A stretch of DNA of 64,000 bases from Ptychomitrium polyphyllum. Taxonomy: Eukaryota. Every line of letters starts with the position of its first letter. Positions within the stretch are counted from its first letter, which is position 1. The stretch is taken from contig OZ316776.1 in the NCBI GenBank assembly GCA_973851085.1, positions 4,712,001-4,776,000 on the forward strand, read 5' to 3'. The notes under the pieces were generated by a model. The model did not search any database and was not told where the DNA came from. It was given only the letters and a program-made list of their open reading frames with translations. Of the stretch, positions 49,182 through 62,412 are shown one piece after another. Position numbers and translations under genes: made by a program.

Positions 49182-51632
49182 ATGTTGACAGGCGGGCAAT
49201 TTTACGATGTGTTGTGCGCGGTGGTGCCGCTCTATGTGGCGATTTTTCTCGGCTACGGCAGTCTTAAGTGGTGGGGCGTGGTGACGCCGGAGCAGAGCGC
49301 GGGCATCAGTCGCTTCAATGCGCTCATTGCGATGCCGCCGCTCGTGTTCGAGATTATCGCCTTCAATGATCCCTATACCATGAACAATCGCCTCATTGCG
49401 GCCTATTGTCTCTCCAATGGCGTCGTTCTCGGTGAGCCAAGCGGCAGCCCAGCCATTGATCACCTTCTCTCCTTACGTTTGGTCAATTCTTTTATCATGT
49501 CATAAAAAGTTGGTAATTCAGCATCATTGCAATTGCAACGTTGAAGCAGATTCAATTCTGTCGTCATAATCATGGAAGCCTGTTTCTGGTGGAAGTTGTA
49601 GAGTCATTCGTAATGATTTTCCTTTGGACATGGGCAACCAGTTCCGTTGTTGGCGTGGGCGTGGTTTACAAAGCGGAGCGACGGCCTCGATTGGGCGATC
49701 ACGCTCTTCCAGCTCGTGGTGATGCCCAACACCATCATCGTTGGCATCCCGGTGCTGGCGCCGCTCTACTCCATCACCGGCTCTGGAATTGCCGCCGTCT
49801 TCATCGGCATGGTGCTGTGGTTGTACCCTATTCTGTTCCTCTACGAACTCCGCGCCGTCAAGATGAAGCTAAGCCAGGTTACTACTGAAGTGCAAGCCGA
49901 TGCAACAGCCTGCAACAACGTTACGGCATCAGTGAACGGCGAGGCTCAGCATCAGGAAAACGGCATTCCCGGTAAATCATGTCACACAGCCTCCCAAATC
50001 CTCAAGTGGTCGCCAAACTGCATCTTTCTGTTTTGAATTACGTTGATTGATCCCTGCAAGCTGATGTTCTCATAGATTCTCCAAAAGATTAGCATGAACT
50101 GTACGGTGCTTCAGTGTTCATATGCTCTTATATGGTTAGTGTTTTTTTCGCTTTTGGGGCAACAGCGCTGATGACAGAAGCGGAGCACGAGGATTGTCGT
50201 ATAAAGATTGGCGATGAAGAAGGAAAGGTGGGGGAGCAGATGAACAATGGAAGTAATGTATGTGGGGTTGCGAATGGGGACTTGAGGGAGAGTAGCACCA
50301 GAGACATGGGAGAAATGAAGAATGGTAATGTTGAAATGGTACCGGTCACGATGAACATGAAGGAGATGACAATCAGGGTTGGGAAGAAAATGGTGTGCTT
50401 ACCGCTCACTTATACTACTCTTCTGGGTATTACATACTCGCTTATTGCTGGCAGGTAACTCACATGAGTTTTAAAGTGCTGTCCTTTGCCTTCAATTGAA
50501 TCTTTCAATGTTTAGTGGGAATATGATATGAAATCTGTACTATGTTGATTTAATCAAATGCATGGACCAGCAGTGCAGAAGGTTATGCTTCTTCGTCAGT
50601 CCAGAAAGTTTTGCAAGTTGGTGGTCTAATAAAGAAGAACAAAATCTCTTTTTGAGAGAGAAGAATTTTCTTAGATTCTTCTATATTTGATATAATGAGA
50701 CGGGCCCTTGTCCTGCAGGTGGAATTTTGGACCCCCCCGACTTTTGAGGAATTCTTTGGACATCATTGGCAGAATAACACTTGGCCTTACCATGTATACT
50801 ATTGGTAATTCCATCTACGATATCTGGACCACAATACATTTGGATTTTGTACACTAGTGTATGTTCAGCCATCCTGATACGGTTGTTTCTTTCCTCTTGT
50901 GATAGTGACTAACCATGCAATAGTTTTTGTACTAATTGTAATTAGTGGACTGCTCTGACTCTAGAAACGGTCGCTTGGGGTGTTCAGGACTGTTCATGGC
51001 AGGCCAGAAGAAGCTTGTGTCGTCGTGGTGGGTTGCATTTTATGGAGCGTTTTGCCGATTTGTTGTAGGTCCTGCTGCAATGGGTCTCGCATCCTTGCTG
51101 CTTGGACTGCGTGGTGATACCTTGCGGTTTGCATTTTTGCAGGTTAGAAGTTCGTTTGTGGCTTAGTTATTTGATCTGTTTATCACCATGTGAGCTGGCG
51201 TCTGGGCTGTTACGACAATAATTGTCTTATTGAACATTTTTCTTGAGGTCATTCATGTTGAGAGATTGACAGATTTAATTGTTGTTTGCCAGGCAGCATT
51301 ACCACAAGCTGTTATAAGCTTTGTATTTGCCAGGGATTACAATCTACATACAGATGTCTTTAGCACTGCGTAAGTATCTTATCACTAACTAACTCTCACT
51401 ACATAACAGCTTGCAGTAGCGAGGAACCTCACATATGTTACGCAGTGTAATTTTACATTAGATAAAACAAGGGATCTTGGAATATGAATGTTTCAAGGTT
51501 CTCTTCAATACTAGTATCCTTACTAATACTCACTAATATTTTGGAAGTTGTTTTGTGCCAAGCAGGGTATCGCTTCAGACTATAATTTTCATGCCCATTG
51601 TATTGGTTTATTACACACTACTTGAACTTTGA
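49182..51632 (+). CDS. PIN: Non-canonical (short/intermediate-loop) PIN auxin carrier, PIND-like, ~417 aa
   Basis: Exons 49182-49431, 49642-49971, 50166-50454, 50719-50804, 50988-51142, 51293-51369, 51566-51632. PIN motifs: AVVPLYVAIFLGYGSLKWW..VTPEQSAGISRF, NDPYTMN, MPNTIIVGIPVL, LFLYE, GLFMA, RFVVGPAAM, QAALPQAVISFVFARDY. The last four exons (86/155/77/67 nt) resemble the conserved PIN 3' exon pattern. Confidence 0.93.
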
Positions 51633-54600
51633 GCAACTGAACAAATGGCAACAAATAATTTGGTGTGTACAAGCTTATTAAATTGGATTACTTACAAATT
51701 GGTGAACTTAGCTAGCAACAACATCAAATAAGGAGGAGATTTAACCAATTTCTTATCGTTTGATGCTTCATTATTTCAAGTGCAAACATTTGGTAATTCT
51801 TGCCTCTATTTGAAAATATATTCATCCAATAGTTTTATAGTTTATAAATATCTCAAAAAAAAAGCAAAGTAGTTGACAAGGACATTGGGCTTGTAATCTT
51901 AGAATCAGATTATTTGAAGGTAAATACCTACCATAGTAAATAGAGTTTATACAAATAAACAATATGTGCAAGCTAATAGTTTACGTAGTTTTAGTTTAAA
52001 TATTGTTTTCATTGGCTAATTAATTATTGGACACTCCTAATGAAGTGATTGGATATTGGAAATATAAATTTGTTTTAAAAGAAATCTTTTGTAAATAAAA
52101 TGAGTTTGTAACAACTTTAATTAAAAACTAATAGCTACAAATAAAATCAAAGAATCAATGCCATATAATGGATATTATAATGATCATGAATATGTCTAGA
52201 TTGAAATAAGGCTAGACCAAATCTATATCCAAGCAAAAAACCTTACCACCTTTTATATATGGGTCAACTTCAACAATTACCCTACATTGATTAATATATG
52301 CAAATTACATATTACAAATGATTGGGCCATAGTAAGTTCACCTTAAATCAATTATAAATTTTACAAAAATAAGAATGGTGCATTTTTATAATCTTAGAGA
52401 TAAATACTACTATTGCATTAATATCATTACTTATATAAGAGTAATTTAGGGAATTCTTTATCTATTTAGTTAATGTTAATTCTATGTTAAATTCCATGTT
52501 AATTGGTTTGTAGTGCCAATTAGGATTTGAAAGAAGTGTTAAATGAAATCTAAAGTTTCTTCTTCTATTTGCACTCTTGAATTCTCTTTTTATGGAGTGA
52601 GAGGTAGATTGACTAGCTTTGTGATTTTTTCTTTGTTCTTTAAAGGTTTATTTGTGATATTTTCTTATTTGATTTTTTTTACTAAAAATTTGATAATCAT
52701 TGAGGTATCCAAGCCATTGTGTATGGCAATCTTTATTTATACAACATTGTATAGATTGACAATGCTATTGGACTTCATTAGAAGTGGAACAAAGCAAATG
52801 TATTTGGAATAATCTAGGTCTTTAAACTCCTTCAAAATTAATAGCACAAAATAAAATTTGAAAACATTCTATGGATAGCCTTGAAAATAATGCAAAGTAT
52901 TAAATTTTAAAATACTATCTCAAATACAAACCTTTTTCTTTATTGCAATTTTTTGAGAAGTTATTATATTATCAAGATTTTCAATAAATTCGAGTTTTTA
53001 GAAAATTCTAGGTGATCATATTCACATAGAAATGCCTTCATTTTAATAAAACAATAGCTTCAATTTTTGGCATCATTTTTATTAACAAATGACAGCAATA
53101 TCCAAATTTTGAAGTCATAATTTTATTGAAATGAAGACATTTTTGTAAACTTGATGGACTAGAATTTCCTAAAATTTATAAATTTAGCAAAATGATAATA
53201 TTCTTTAATAAACATTCATTTGGAAACCAACTCTAGAAATTTAGAATTGTTGCATCTTTCAACATCATCCATGAGATTTGTAGTAATAAATGAATTTGCA
53301 TACAATTGCAAGTATGTGTAATTTTCAACACCATGGCAATTGATTTAGATGTTATGAACAAATTTAAAACGCATGGATTCTTTTTCTTTGTATAGGTGAT
53401 GAATAATAAACTGGGATGGAATGGAGACTGTTACTTAGTAAGTTATCAATGATTCCATCTTCCATGTGCTTTTGTGTAGTTCAACAACAAGACTATATGA
53501 AGGATAAGAGAAAATTCCATTGGATTTTGTAAACAAACTTAAAAGTTCTGTTGTCAATGTAAAATGATGTTATAAGAAAAATAGATTTGGAATCTCATTG
53601 GTTTAAATAGCCTTAATAGTTTCAAATGCTCACAACCTTATCTCTTTAAAGTAGTTGAATTTAAAATTCAACAATTATGGATTTGAAGTTTGTGCTAATA
53701 TTTGTAAGGTCTTTTGGAATTGAGAGACTAAATTCACAATCTAATTAAAAAGACGGTGACAAGACTTGGATTTGCATTAGTTTGCATTTCAAGTTTCAAG
53801 ACTTTTGAAAATTCTTCTTATCATTATTGCAATATCCTCCTTTTCAAATCCATGATTTTCCATGGCTATAAATGTCTTATGTACTAGGAAATACTCAATT
53901 CAAATCAAGTCAAATCGAATTTCAAATTGATACATAAAAGAGTGAATAAAATTAATAAAAGATCATTGGATAAGCAATTCAACTCAATTTGAGTTAAATC
54001 CAAATAGGATATTATTATAGTTATGAAATTGTTGTTTTATCCCATTATAATGAATATGGTGTTACATTGGAAGGCTGTGGTTTCAGCCAGCTATAAGAAA
54101 CACAGCCGCTGTTGTTCCTGTTGCATCACCTTGTATGGTTTGAAGATCATCCTTTAACTATTCAGCGGACTGGATGGACTGTAAAATGCTGGCAAGTTCA
54201 GGTCCAAGTCTTCACAAGCTGCGTGCCCCCTGCTTGAAAGACCACTGCTCATACACGTACCCTTGTTCACAAACAATGGAATAATGTCGTATTAGTTTGA
54301 AAATGACACATCAAATAGAATAGTACATAAATGATGTGCTGATTGCTGATGATCAAGCAACTTCAGCGACAATATTGATGAAAGCGTTGTTAAGCAATTA
54401 ATTTGGCGTACAGACTCAATACAACATTTGACGCATGCAATGAATTGAGTATCTTGAAGAAACATGTCAGGAAGAAGCGAGCGCTCAGCGTCGCAGTCAA
54501 GTTTCTACCTGAGTACCTCAATACAGAAAAAGCAGACTATCAGTTGAATGCCTAGACTCAGTTCAACGTCTGAAGCAGGAATATCAAAGTTCTTGTAATA

Positions 54601-57600
54601 GTGAAAAGGCTCTTTGCCTGTGAAGAATCTGCATCTTCAAAAACGATTCCCTGGAATGAGTTACCTGGCATCTGTGGATATGTTCAGTCTATAATAGTAG
54701 CACTTATGCTGCAAGTAAATAGATCTTGTACGACCATCTCTGCGACGACCATTTGAACTGTTAGTAACTTCCTTGATCCATTTGAACGTGTTGAACTTTC
54801 CAGTCTTGTCTGCAAACACTATGCCATCGTTAACGTTTGGAAAAACAGAAGCCTTGCAACGTTGAGCTGATTCACACGTGCAGCCTTCAGAGTACTGACA
54901 GTTCAACCAAGACTGGTTTTTGTAAGACTTTATTGCTCATGCACAAGCCTCATTTGTTTCCAAAGCATATTATTATGCATGAAACTAAATGTACAGAGAA
55001 ATCAAATTTGCACATGGATTGAAAAAAGATTCGAGATAGATTGAACTTACAAGAATGACTGATCTCTTCAAGTTGTGATTCCTGAAGTTGGTGTTGGTGA
55101 CGTAGTTGACATCTAGTGCTAGCATGCGTTTCATAAGGACTTTGTACAACAAGTAGGATGACCTCAATTATAGGTCTCACTTCAAATGTCATGGCGTCTG
55201 AAAAGCAACTACTCTTTGATAGATACTTAATCAAGTTCATCAAACGAATTGACACTCAATGCAAGTTGTTAAAATTAACCACATGATTCAATGCACTTGA
55301 ATATAAAATGACATATCACCTACATTGTTAATAATCCATGAGAATTTAAAACTAGACGTTAATAGAACCCACTAATACTAGAAGCATGATTGCAGGAATA
55401 AATTTTTCTGAATAGCAATATTGTTATAAACAAAATCTTTTGCAACTATGTTGACTCAGGTTTCAATGAAGAGTAGTTGCTAAAGTTGCCAAGAACTTCT
55501 AGTGACTGCTGACCACTAATATAGGCTTTGTACAGCACCAGCTGCACTAAGAAGTTGGTTCAAAACATACTAGTTAATACTCAAATTTCACTGAATTTAA
55601 CGACTCATTGTGACGCTTCAGACCATGATATTAATACACTTCAGCACCAAAAAGCCAACAAAGACTCCTAGAGATATTTATGCACATGAATAACATGCAG
55701 ATGCAGAGTTGACAGAACTCTAGTCAAAGAGCAGCTACTTCCCAGACGCCTTGCCAATTGCAGCAAAATCTATAGTGTGAGGTCATGAGCCGAAGCTGAT
55801 AGATTAGCACCAAACTGAACTGCTGGCTAGAGCTCCCAAGTTTCACTGATCATGTAAGCGGCACGAGACTTCAGTTTGTGATGGAGGAACGATGTGAGAG
55901 AAGCTTGTCCAGGCAATGTTCATATAAACTTACTGCGAGGCGGTAGGTCCAGCGTTGCAAAAGGCCGCCCACAATGTCCAGCAGAAAGTTTTCCAATGCG
56001 GGCTGCCTTTAGGTAGCCGTATATTAATTAGGTTCTGTATCGGTTGCCTCTAAGACCGAGGGATTATACCGAGCGAAGCTGCATGCACCCTGGGCTTAAG
56101 CTCAGCCATTTAGCTTGGCGGCTAGTATACTTGCATGGTACTACAAAGACTGGAACTGCAAATTAATCAACTGTTAATGATTGGCGCCGAAAATTTCCAG
56201 TGGACGCTCCAAACCTTCACTGGGACACCGGCAACCTTTCCATCCTCGTCATATTAAAGGCAAGCCGAGTGTAGAAAGGCAAATAATTGTTTTTCTGGAA
56301 GCCTCAGCCGTTTGGAATCGTGATAAGTGTTTACATGTAACTGGTTGTATTAATCCACCTATTCAAGCTGCCGGATTTGTTTCATTGATACATACATCAG
56401 TTGTCTGTTGCTAGTTAAAATAGCCTGGCATTAAAATATGAGCTGCTTGATGACCAAGCTGTTCATAATGCTGATAAGCTATCTTTAATTATTTACTTCC
56501 ATTTTAGAGGAGATAATGTGAAAAAGATTCTACTTCCTCGTTTTTGGAGAATGAATCTTCTGGCACGGAGTATACTGGCCACAAACGTCATTGCAGGTTG
56601 ATATCTGTGTCTGTAACTCTCAGCCTGACAAGTATTTCCGAACTGTGTATGATGGCCTTGAACTCTTTCACACTGAAAAGAAATTTCTCAGGGTGGTAGG
56701 AGCGTCTCATTGAGCGTCCGTATCCGGGTGATGGTGGGGCGATGGCATCTTAGCCAATGCACTGAAAGTCTTCCGCCCCCAATGCATGCAGCCCTGAAAT
56801 TTTGGAGAAAAGCTCATTCCTCGTTTTACGTAAGATAAGTTATTAAACTCGATTGCAATCACGACTCCAACGTTTGTGGTAGAAGTAGATTCTCTTAGAC
56901 AATAAAAACATTAAATTACTAACTCTCTTAATACCTAAGGCCTGAGATGATGATTAATCACCCAAGGCTGCAGTCAAGGTCGAAGATTGTACAGGCTAAT
57001 AACTTGCCCCTCGCCTAATAATTCTGTGTTTGTCAAGTTCCAGACTGATCTGTTCCAGATTCAATGATGAGACATTAAATTCTCTTAGAAAAAAAGAAAG
57101 GAAGAGAAGAGATGCGGGTTGGAATTCAAAACTGCAATCAGAGTAGCAGTCAGTTTTTTTAAATTCTAAAATTAAAATTACTTTGTCTGCTTCGGAGTTT
57201 CATTTTAAACTTGAACCAAGTTCAAATCAAAATTTTAAACAGATCATGAGAATGTGGTTGGTTTCATTTCTGTTGCAATTTGAAGGCATCAATAGCGATA
57301 CTCATGTGTTCTGCCGCCAGGACTTCACTAGTTTTGAGACCTCCCATGACTTGCATGATTTGCAGTGTAAGGTTAGTTGCCATCCTGTAGCCAAGAATGG
57401 CATCCAGCCTTTGATCTCGGGTGCACCCCTAATGAACGTCCAGATTCGCCTGAAGGTTTGTCTCGGGTAAACACCCAACAGCACACCAAACATTGATGCG
57501 TACCCATCCACTTGACATATTCAACAGGTCCAATGCTGCTGTGCCTGAAGGATCCCAGATTAGAACTTCTCATGATCAAACAGCAGACTTCGATCACAGT

Positions 57601-59072
57601 TTACAAGGGGCCCCAGCCAAGCCTAGCTCTATTACTAGCTCAAATCTAGACTCACCGAAAGATGCCTCACTAGAAACAATTTCTAGGGTAGAAGATTTTT
57701 AGCAAGGAGGGCATTCCAACTTTTCAGGTCAATTTGTTGACACCTTTTACAGGAGGACTCTGCTCTAACTTCAATTTGCAAACAATCCAGATGCTATTCC
57801 GTTTATGCTAGGCAGTACCGACAAAGTCTGGTCTTCACTATGTTCTTCCGCATTCATAAAAATTTGATTGTGTGTAGAAAAATGTGATAGTGAGAGAACG
57901 AAACCTGATTTTTAGAACTGTACTGGAAGTGTGTAAATTTCCCAGGCACCTTCAACAGTAGGAGCACAGAAACGAAGCTGAAATTTCCCTTGGTTATTTG
58001 GTTGCAGCAAGGAAGCTAAAGTGAAAGTTGTGTATGAACACACTTAGCTTTTCAAGGAGATTTAGATATTAACGAAGCGAATGTCACTGATATTAGGCTA
58101 AAAAATGTCGTGCAATGGAACTTCAAGGAAAGTATCAAGTGTCACCCAGTTGTAGGCTCTTAAATGTTTGAATAATTTCGTGAACGGAACAATACATACA
58201 GTTCTGAAGATATCAAATATTTTGCTTCGTGGTATGTTGAAAAAGTGCACAGATGACAAGTTGCGGGCACAAGACCTGCCATAACTTAGGCATTACACTG
58301 ATATTCACATGTACTGATCACCTGCAATCTGTTGAGGTTACAATAAGCGGTGTGAAGCATGCCAACAGAATGATACCGAGAATCAAAACGTGCTTGAAAA
58401 ACAAGCGCAGTCATGGAAGAGTTCCTGGAATGTACGAGTAATACAAGAAAATGTCCACTTTCCTGTGGAACATACATGTAAAAAGTCCATCCAGGGTTTA
58501 CAAGAGCTTCATCTTGTAATATTCACAAGCGCATAATTCAAAACACAAAAAAATTAAGAATTTACAAGCTCATGTACCCGCTAATTTATAATTAAAGTGA
58601 CTCAGACGACCCAGAACCTCGGACTACATTCTTGTGATAATTACTACGGTACCCGGTGCTAATCGTACATGCAGAGCATGTCCTGAAATAATGAAAACAT
58701 CATAAAGGGAAGCAACATGGTTAAAGTAAAAGACCTCGTAGATCTGGAAAATCATGGAGAGGAGCCAGAAGAAACTTATTTCAAGTCGCTCTTAGCTTAC
58801 ACTTCAATACTGCATCAGCTTGCTAAATTGCCTAAACTGTCTTCCAACTCAAGCCATTGTATGTCATTCATTTTCTGTGACAATATTCTGACTATCCTAA
58901 ATTGTGACACGTAAAAAATACTAAAATGGATAAATGCGTAAGGTCATGAAGTTTCTCCGGCAGCTTGTTACCCGTGACCCAAGACATCAGCTCTTTAAAG
59001 ACATCGTAAAATGTTGCACTCCTAACGTTTATTTATATATGTCCCATGGACTGAAATTGTGTGCTCCTCAAA

Positions 59073-62000
59073 TCATAAAGGCCAGGGCTTGTGACAGTTG
59101 CCTGCACATTTCCACCAACATTTAAGAAACTCAACAAAACCCGTATCACTTGGATATGCAAGATCCCTTTCTCTTCGTTGTAGCACACCCAGAAACTCCA
59201 CCATGCTAAGCACACCGTCAGCATCGTTATCGAAAATGTGAAATATTACATCCACCACTGCATCCGAAATTGGGGCTTTGCAAATCTGTAATTCAAGCGT
59301 ACATGATGGTCAGGTGTATCCAGAACAGTCAAACATGTACATTATGGAAAAGTTCAATCCATAAAACGACGGACCAAGGTTATTGTCCCCTAGTGTAGGG
59401 AATGAAATCGGATCAATCGAGAAGAAAATTGCAAGCCAAATTTACCTACCCATATAATGCGACTGTCACAAACCTTATCGGCAGCACGCTGAACATCCTG
59501 CTTCGTCAATTTCCCTTGAATCTTGCCAAAGCTGGAGATTGCCATTGACATAACTGGAATCTTTCTTCGAAGCTCTGCAAATTGTATAAATTCCTAGGAC
59601 ATAGACCAATATACGATCAAATAATGGAGCATTTCTGTAATTTAGTACATCAAAACAAAAGCTTTTTTCAACTACCGATACTGTTCAAGCAAAATAGATT
59701 GAGGGTTTCTCAGCGTTCCTGAAGTCTCCAGAACAATGAAACGCCAATCACAATATCAGGTGTGATCAAAAAGCCAAAGAGAATATGTTAAAGGATAATC
59801 ATGTGAGGTTGTAGCCATTCTTGAGTTTCTTGAATTTTACAAGAACTAAACGATAACGTGACTATATTTCATTTCAAGTAGATATTGAATAGCCTTACCT
59901 CCAAGGTTATCCGTATATTGGCATAGTGAGGATCATTTACAAGATCCTCGACACGATCCAGGTACTGGTTCATCATTGATATGTCTGCAGAAGCTGCCAT
60001 TGACAAACCAAAATCTGTAGCTGAGATGCTCCCCCGATTCTCATAGTCGTAATGTGCAAACTCGAGATGAGAAATCTGTTGCATGAATCCAAAAGTGTCA
60101 CATTGATTTACAAATGTCGGAATTGTATATTCTTTCAACCTACGTATAGTGAAGATAGAGACGATTAGAGTCTTCATGATGCATGAATGTAATACCTCTT
60201 CATGAAGATCCCTCAAAAATTTCTCAAATTGTGTCCTTGGAAGTTGGCGCTTTCCATCAGGTCCAAAAAAGAGTTCAACCAAACCAGCATCTTCAACGTC
60301 TCCAGATACTTGCATTCCAGTGCGAAGACCATGTGTGTGTGATTTGCCAACACGAGTCTGCTCACGCATCCAAGTCATGACCTTTTTAAATTCATTCCTA
60401 TCGATCATCCTGTGACCCGGTAACCCCACCCAGTAATACGTTTAATCAGCAGACAACGATGGCAGCTGAAGAGGAGACTGAAGTGACGACGGGAGCTGAA
60501 GTGAACTGTTCACCGCACATTCGAGGAAACAACTTGGTAGAATGAACAGTACGAGACTCGGTGGAATAGTCAGACAGCGGAATAAAACCACGGGTGCAGG
60601 GACCGGTGAGGGAGAAGCTTAGAAAAGAGACTAAATTTGTTTACAGATGCCAATCAACAGGGTGTCAATTGCCACAGTAAATTCCCGGTGGGACAGAAAG
60701 CTCACACTGCGAACCCGCGGAATAACATCACACATCTTATGGCCGAAATCACCAACTCGTTTCCTCTAATGAGATTTCTTCGGGAGAAACCAAATCTACT
60801 ATTTCTATGCTTCACTTAATTCTCTAATGAAGTTGCTAACACGGACAGGCCTTACGGGTTAACTGCCACCTCTACCAAAACATTCTACACCCACGCAAAA
60901 TAAATAGCTTACCCGTCCCCGTCCTGATCAAACATTCGGAAAGTTGCACTGAAGTTCTTTTCCGGTATGCTCAAAAGTGTAATGAAGAAGATGTACCTGT
61001 AGAGAACGTATCATATGAGGTATTGTGAGCATAACTCAAGCAGGTTCGCGAATCATTCATCTGGGATAACATTGGGATGCATGATGACAAAAAAACTTAC
61101 TCTGAAAAAGAAATCAGTCCGTCCCCATTTGTGTCAAACAGCATGAAGAATTTAGAAGGAGGGCATTTCAAATCTCCTGGGGACCTCTCACCACCAAGAT
61201 AACCCTCTCTCACCAGGTGTGAACCTGAAGGAGGAAAAACCGGGACTATAGCTCTCATCAAGTCAGCTGCTGTCATGAATGTTTGGCCATCGTCTCTTCG
61301 CACTGACGAGAAATACTCGAAGACCTGAATATTTTCTCAAAAAAAATTTAAATCAGCAAATGTGATCAGGAATGTCAATTTGTAAGAGCCAAGTCAACAT
61401 CCACAACTAGAGCAGAAGTGGGAGTGAATTTTTTGCAATGTGACAAGAATATCCAATCTAGAGGACCCGACAGTCTAAATAAAGCAAAGGAGTTCTCCAC
61501 CTTCTCCGGAGGGCTGCGCAATCGAAGACGTCTCTCATAATTGAAGAAGATGCGCCGTCTATAAGCCTCTGCAGCCCAAGTACAGATCCCCAGACTCAAC
61601 TAACTAAAAATCTTGCATATCCCAATCAAAAATATGATAGCCGATCCAGAACTGAAAAGTTTGTTAAGCAAGCTTCTTTCTCCAAAACCACCACCCATCC
61701 TAGCAAGTTGCGGTGTAAAACCCTATCATATTTAATCAGTGGAAAAACCATCTGACAGCACTTGGCTGTCATGGTTATGATATTATGCCAAAATAAGCTA
61801 CCTCCTCTGCACTGAACAGAAAGTTATCCTGTCACGATGAGCCACATAGTACATTCCTAAAACGAAGGGATATATTCCAGCACAGCTTGCGAAATGATAA
61901 TTTCTCATTGTGACATGACTTGCACACCCAACAATGCGGAGCTTCAGAGGAGGTAACGCTCCATACGGAGAGAAAATGAACCGAAAATCATGGGAGAGGA

Positions 62001-62412
62001 CAGAGAACCCACCACTGAGAAAGAAGGTAGGCTGAGCTAGCTTGGACGCAGGAGTTCTCCCCATGGGCGACGACAAAGGACGCTCCGCACGGGGCTCCGC
62101 GCTCTCAGCATACGCCACTCCAGAGTCCGACCGCCCCACCTCCATAGCCACCGCGCCGGCTACCATCCCCGCACCCCACATTGCACAAAGAGCCTTCCTG
62201 CTGCTCGTGGACTCCCCCGAACTCCCAGAGCTCCCTCCAACAGCCGCAGAGAGACATCTCCCACTGCTACTCTCACAGGTGTAACTCCCCTGCCGACTCC
62301 ACAGAGACGCCGCAGCCCCACACTCCTCCAGCACGCCACCACTGCGACCGAGTCCCAACAACCGCCTCTCCACCATCAACCTCACCAGCGCCGAATTCAC
62401 GTTGAACTTCAT
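59073..62412 (-). CDS. MICU: Mitochondrial calcium uptake EF-hand protein, ~499 aa
   Basis: Exons 62412-62013, 61568-61501, 61324-61101, 60996-60913, 60409-60196, 60075-59899, 59593-59474, 59285-59073. Arg/Ser-rich transit-like N-terminus, YRRRIFFNYERRLRLRSPPEKVFEYF, MTAADLMRAIVPVFPPS, and EF-hand loops DTNGDGLISFSE, DQDGDGMIDRNE and DNDADGVLSMVE. Confidence 0.95.

Noticed and set aside
56045..56130. tRNA-like or SINE-like segment on the minus strand (GCTAAATGGCTGAGC ... CGGTATAATCCC)
   Set aside because: The A and B boxes are too degenerate, and I see no cloverleaf, tail or target-site duplication.
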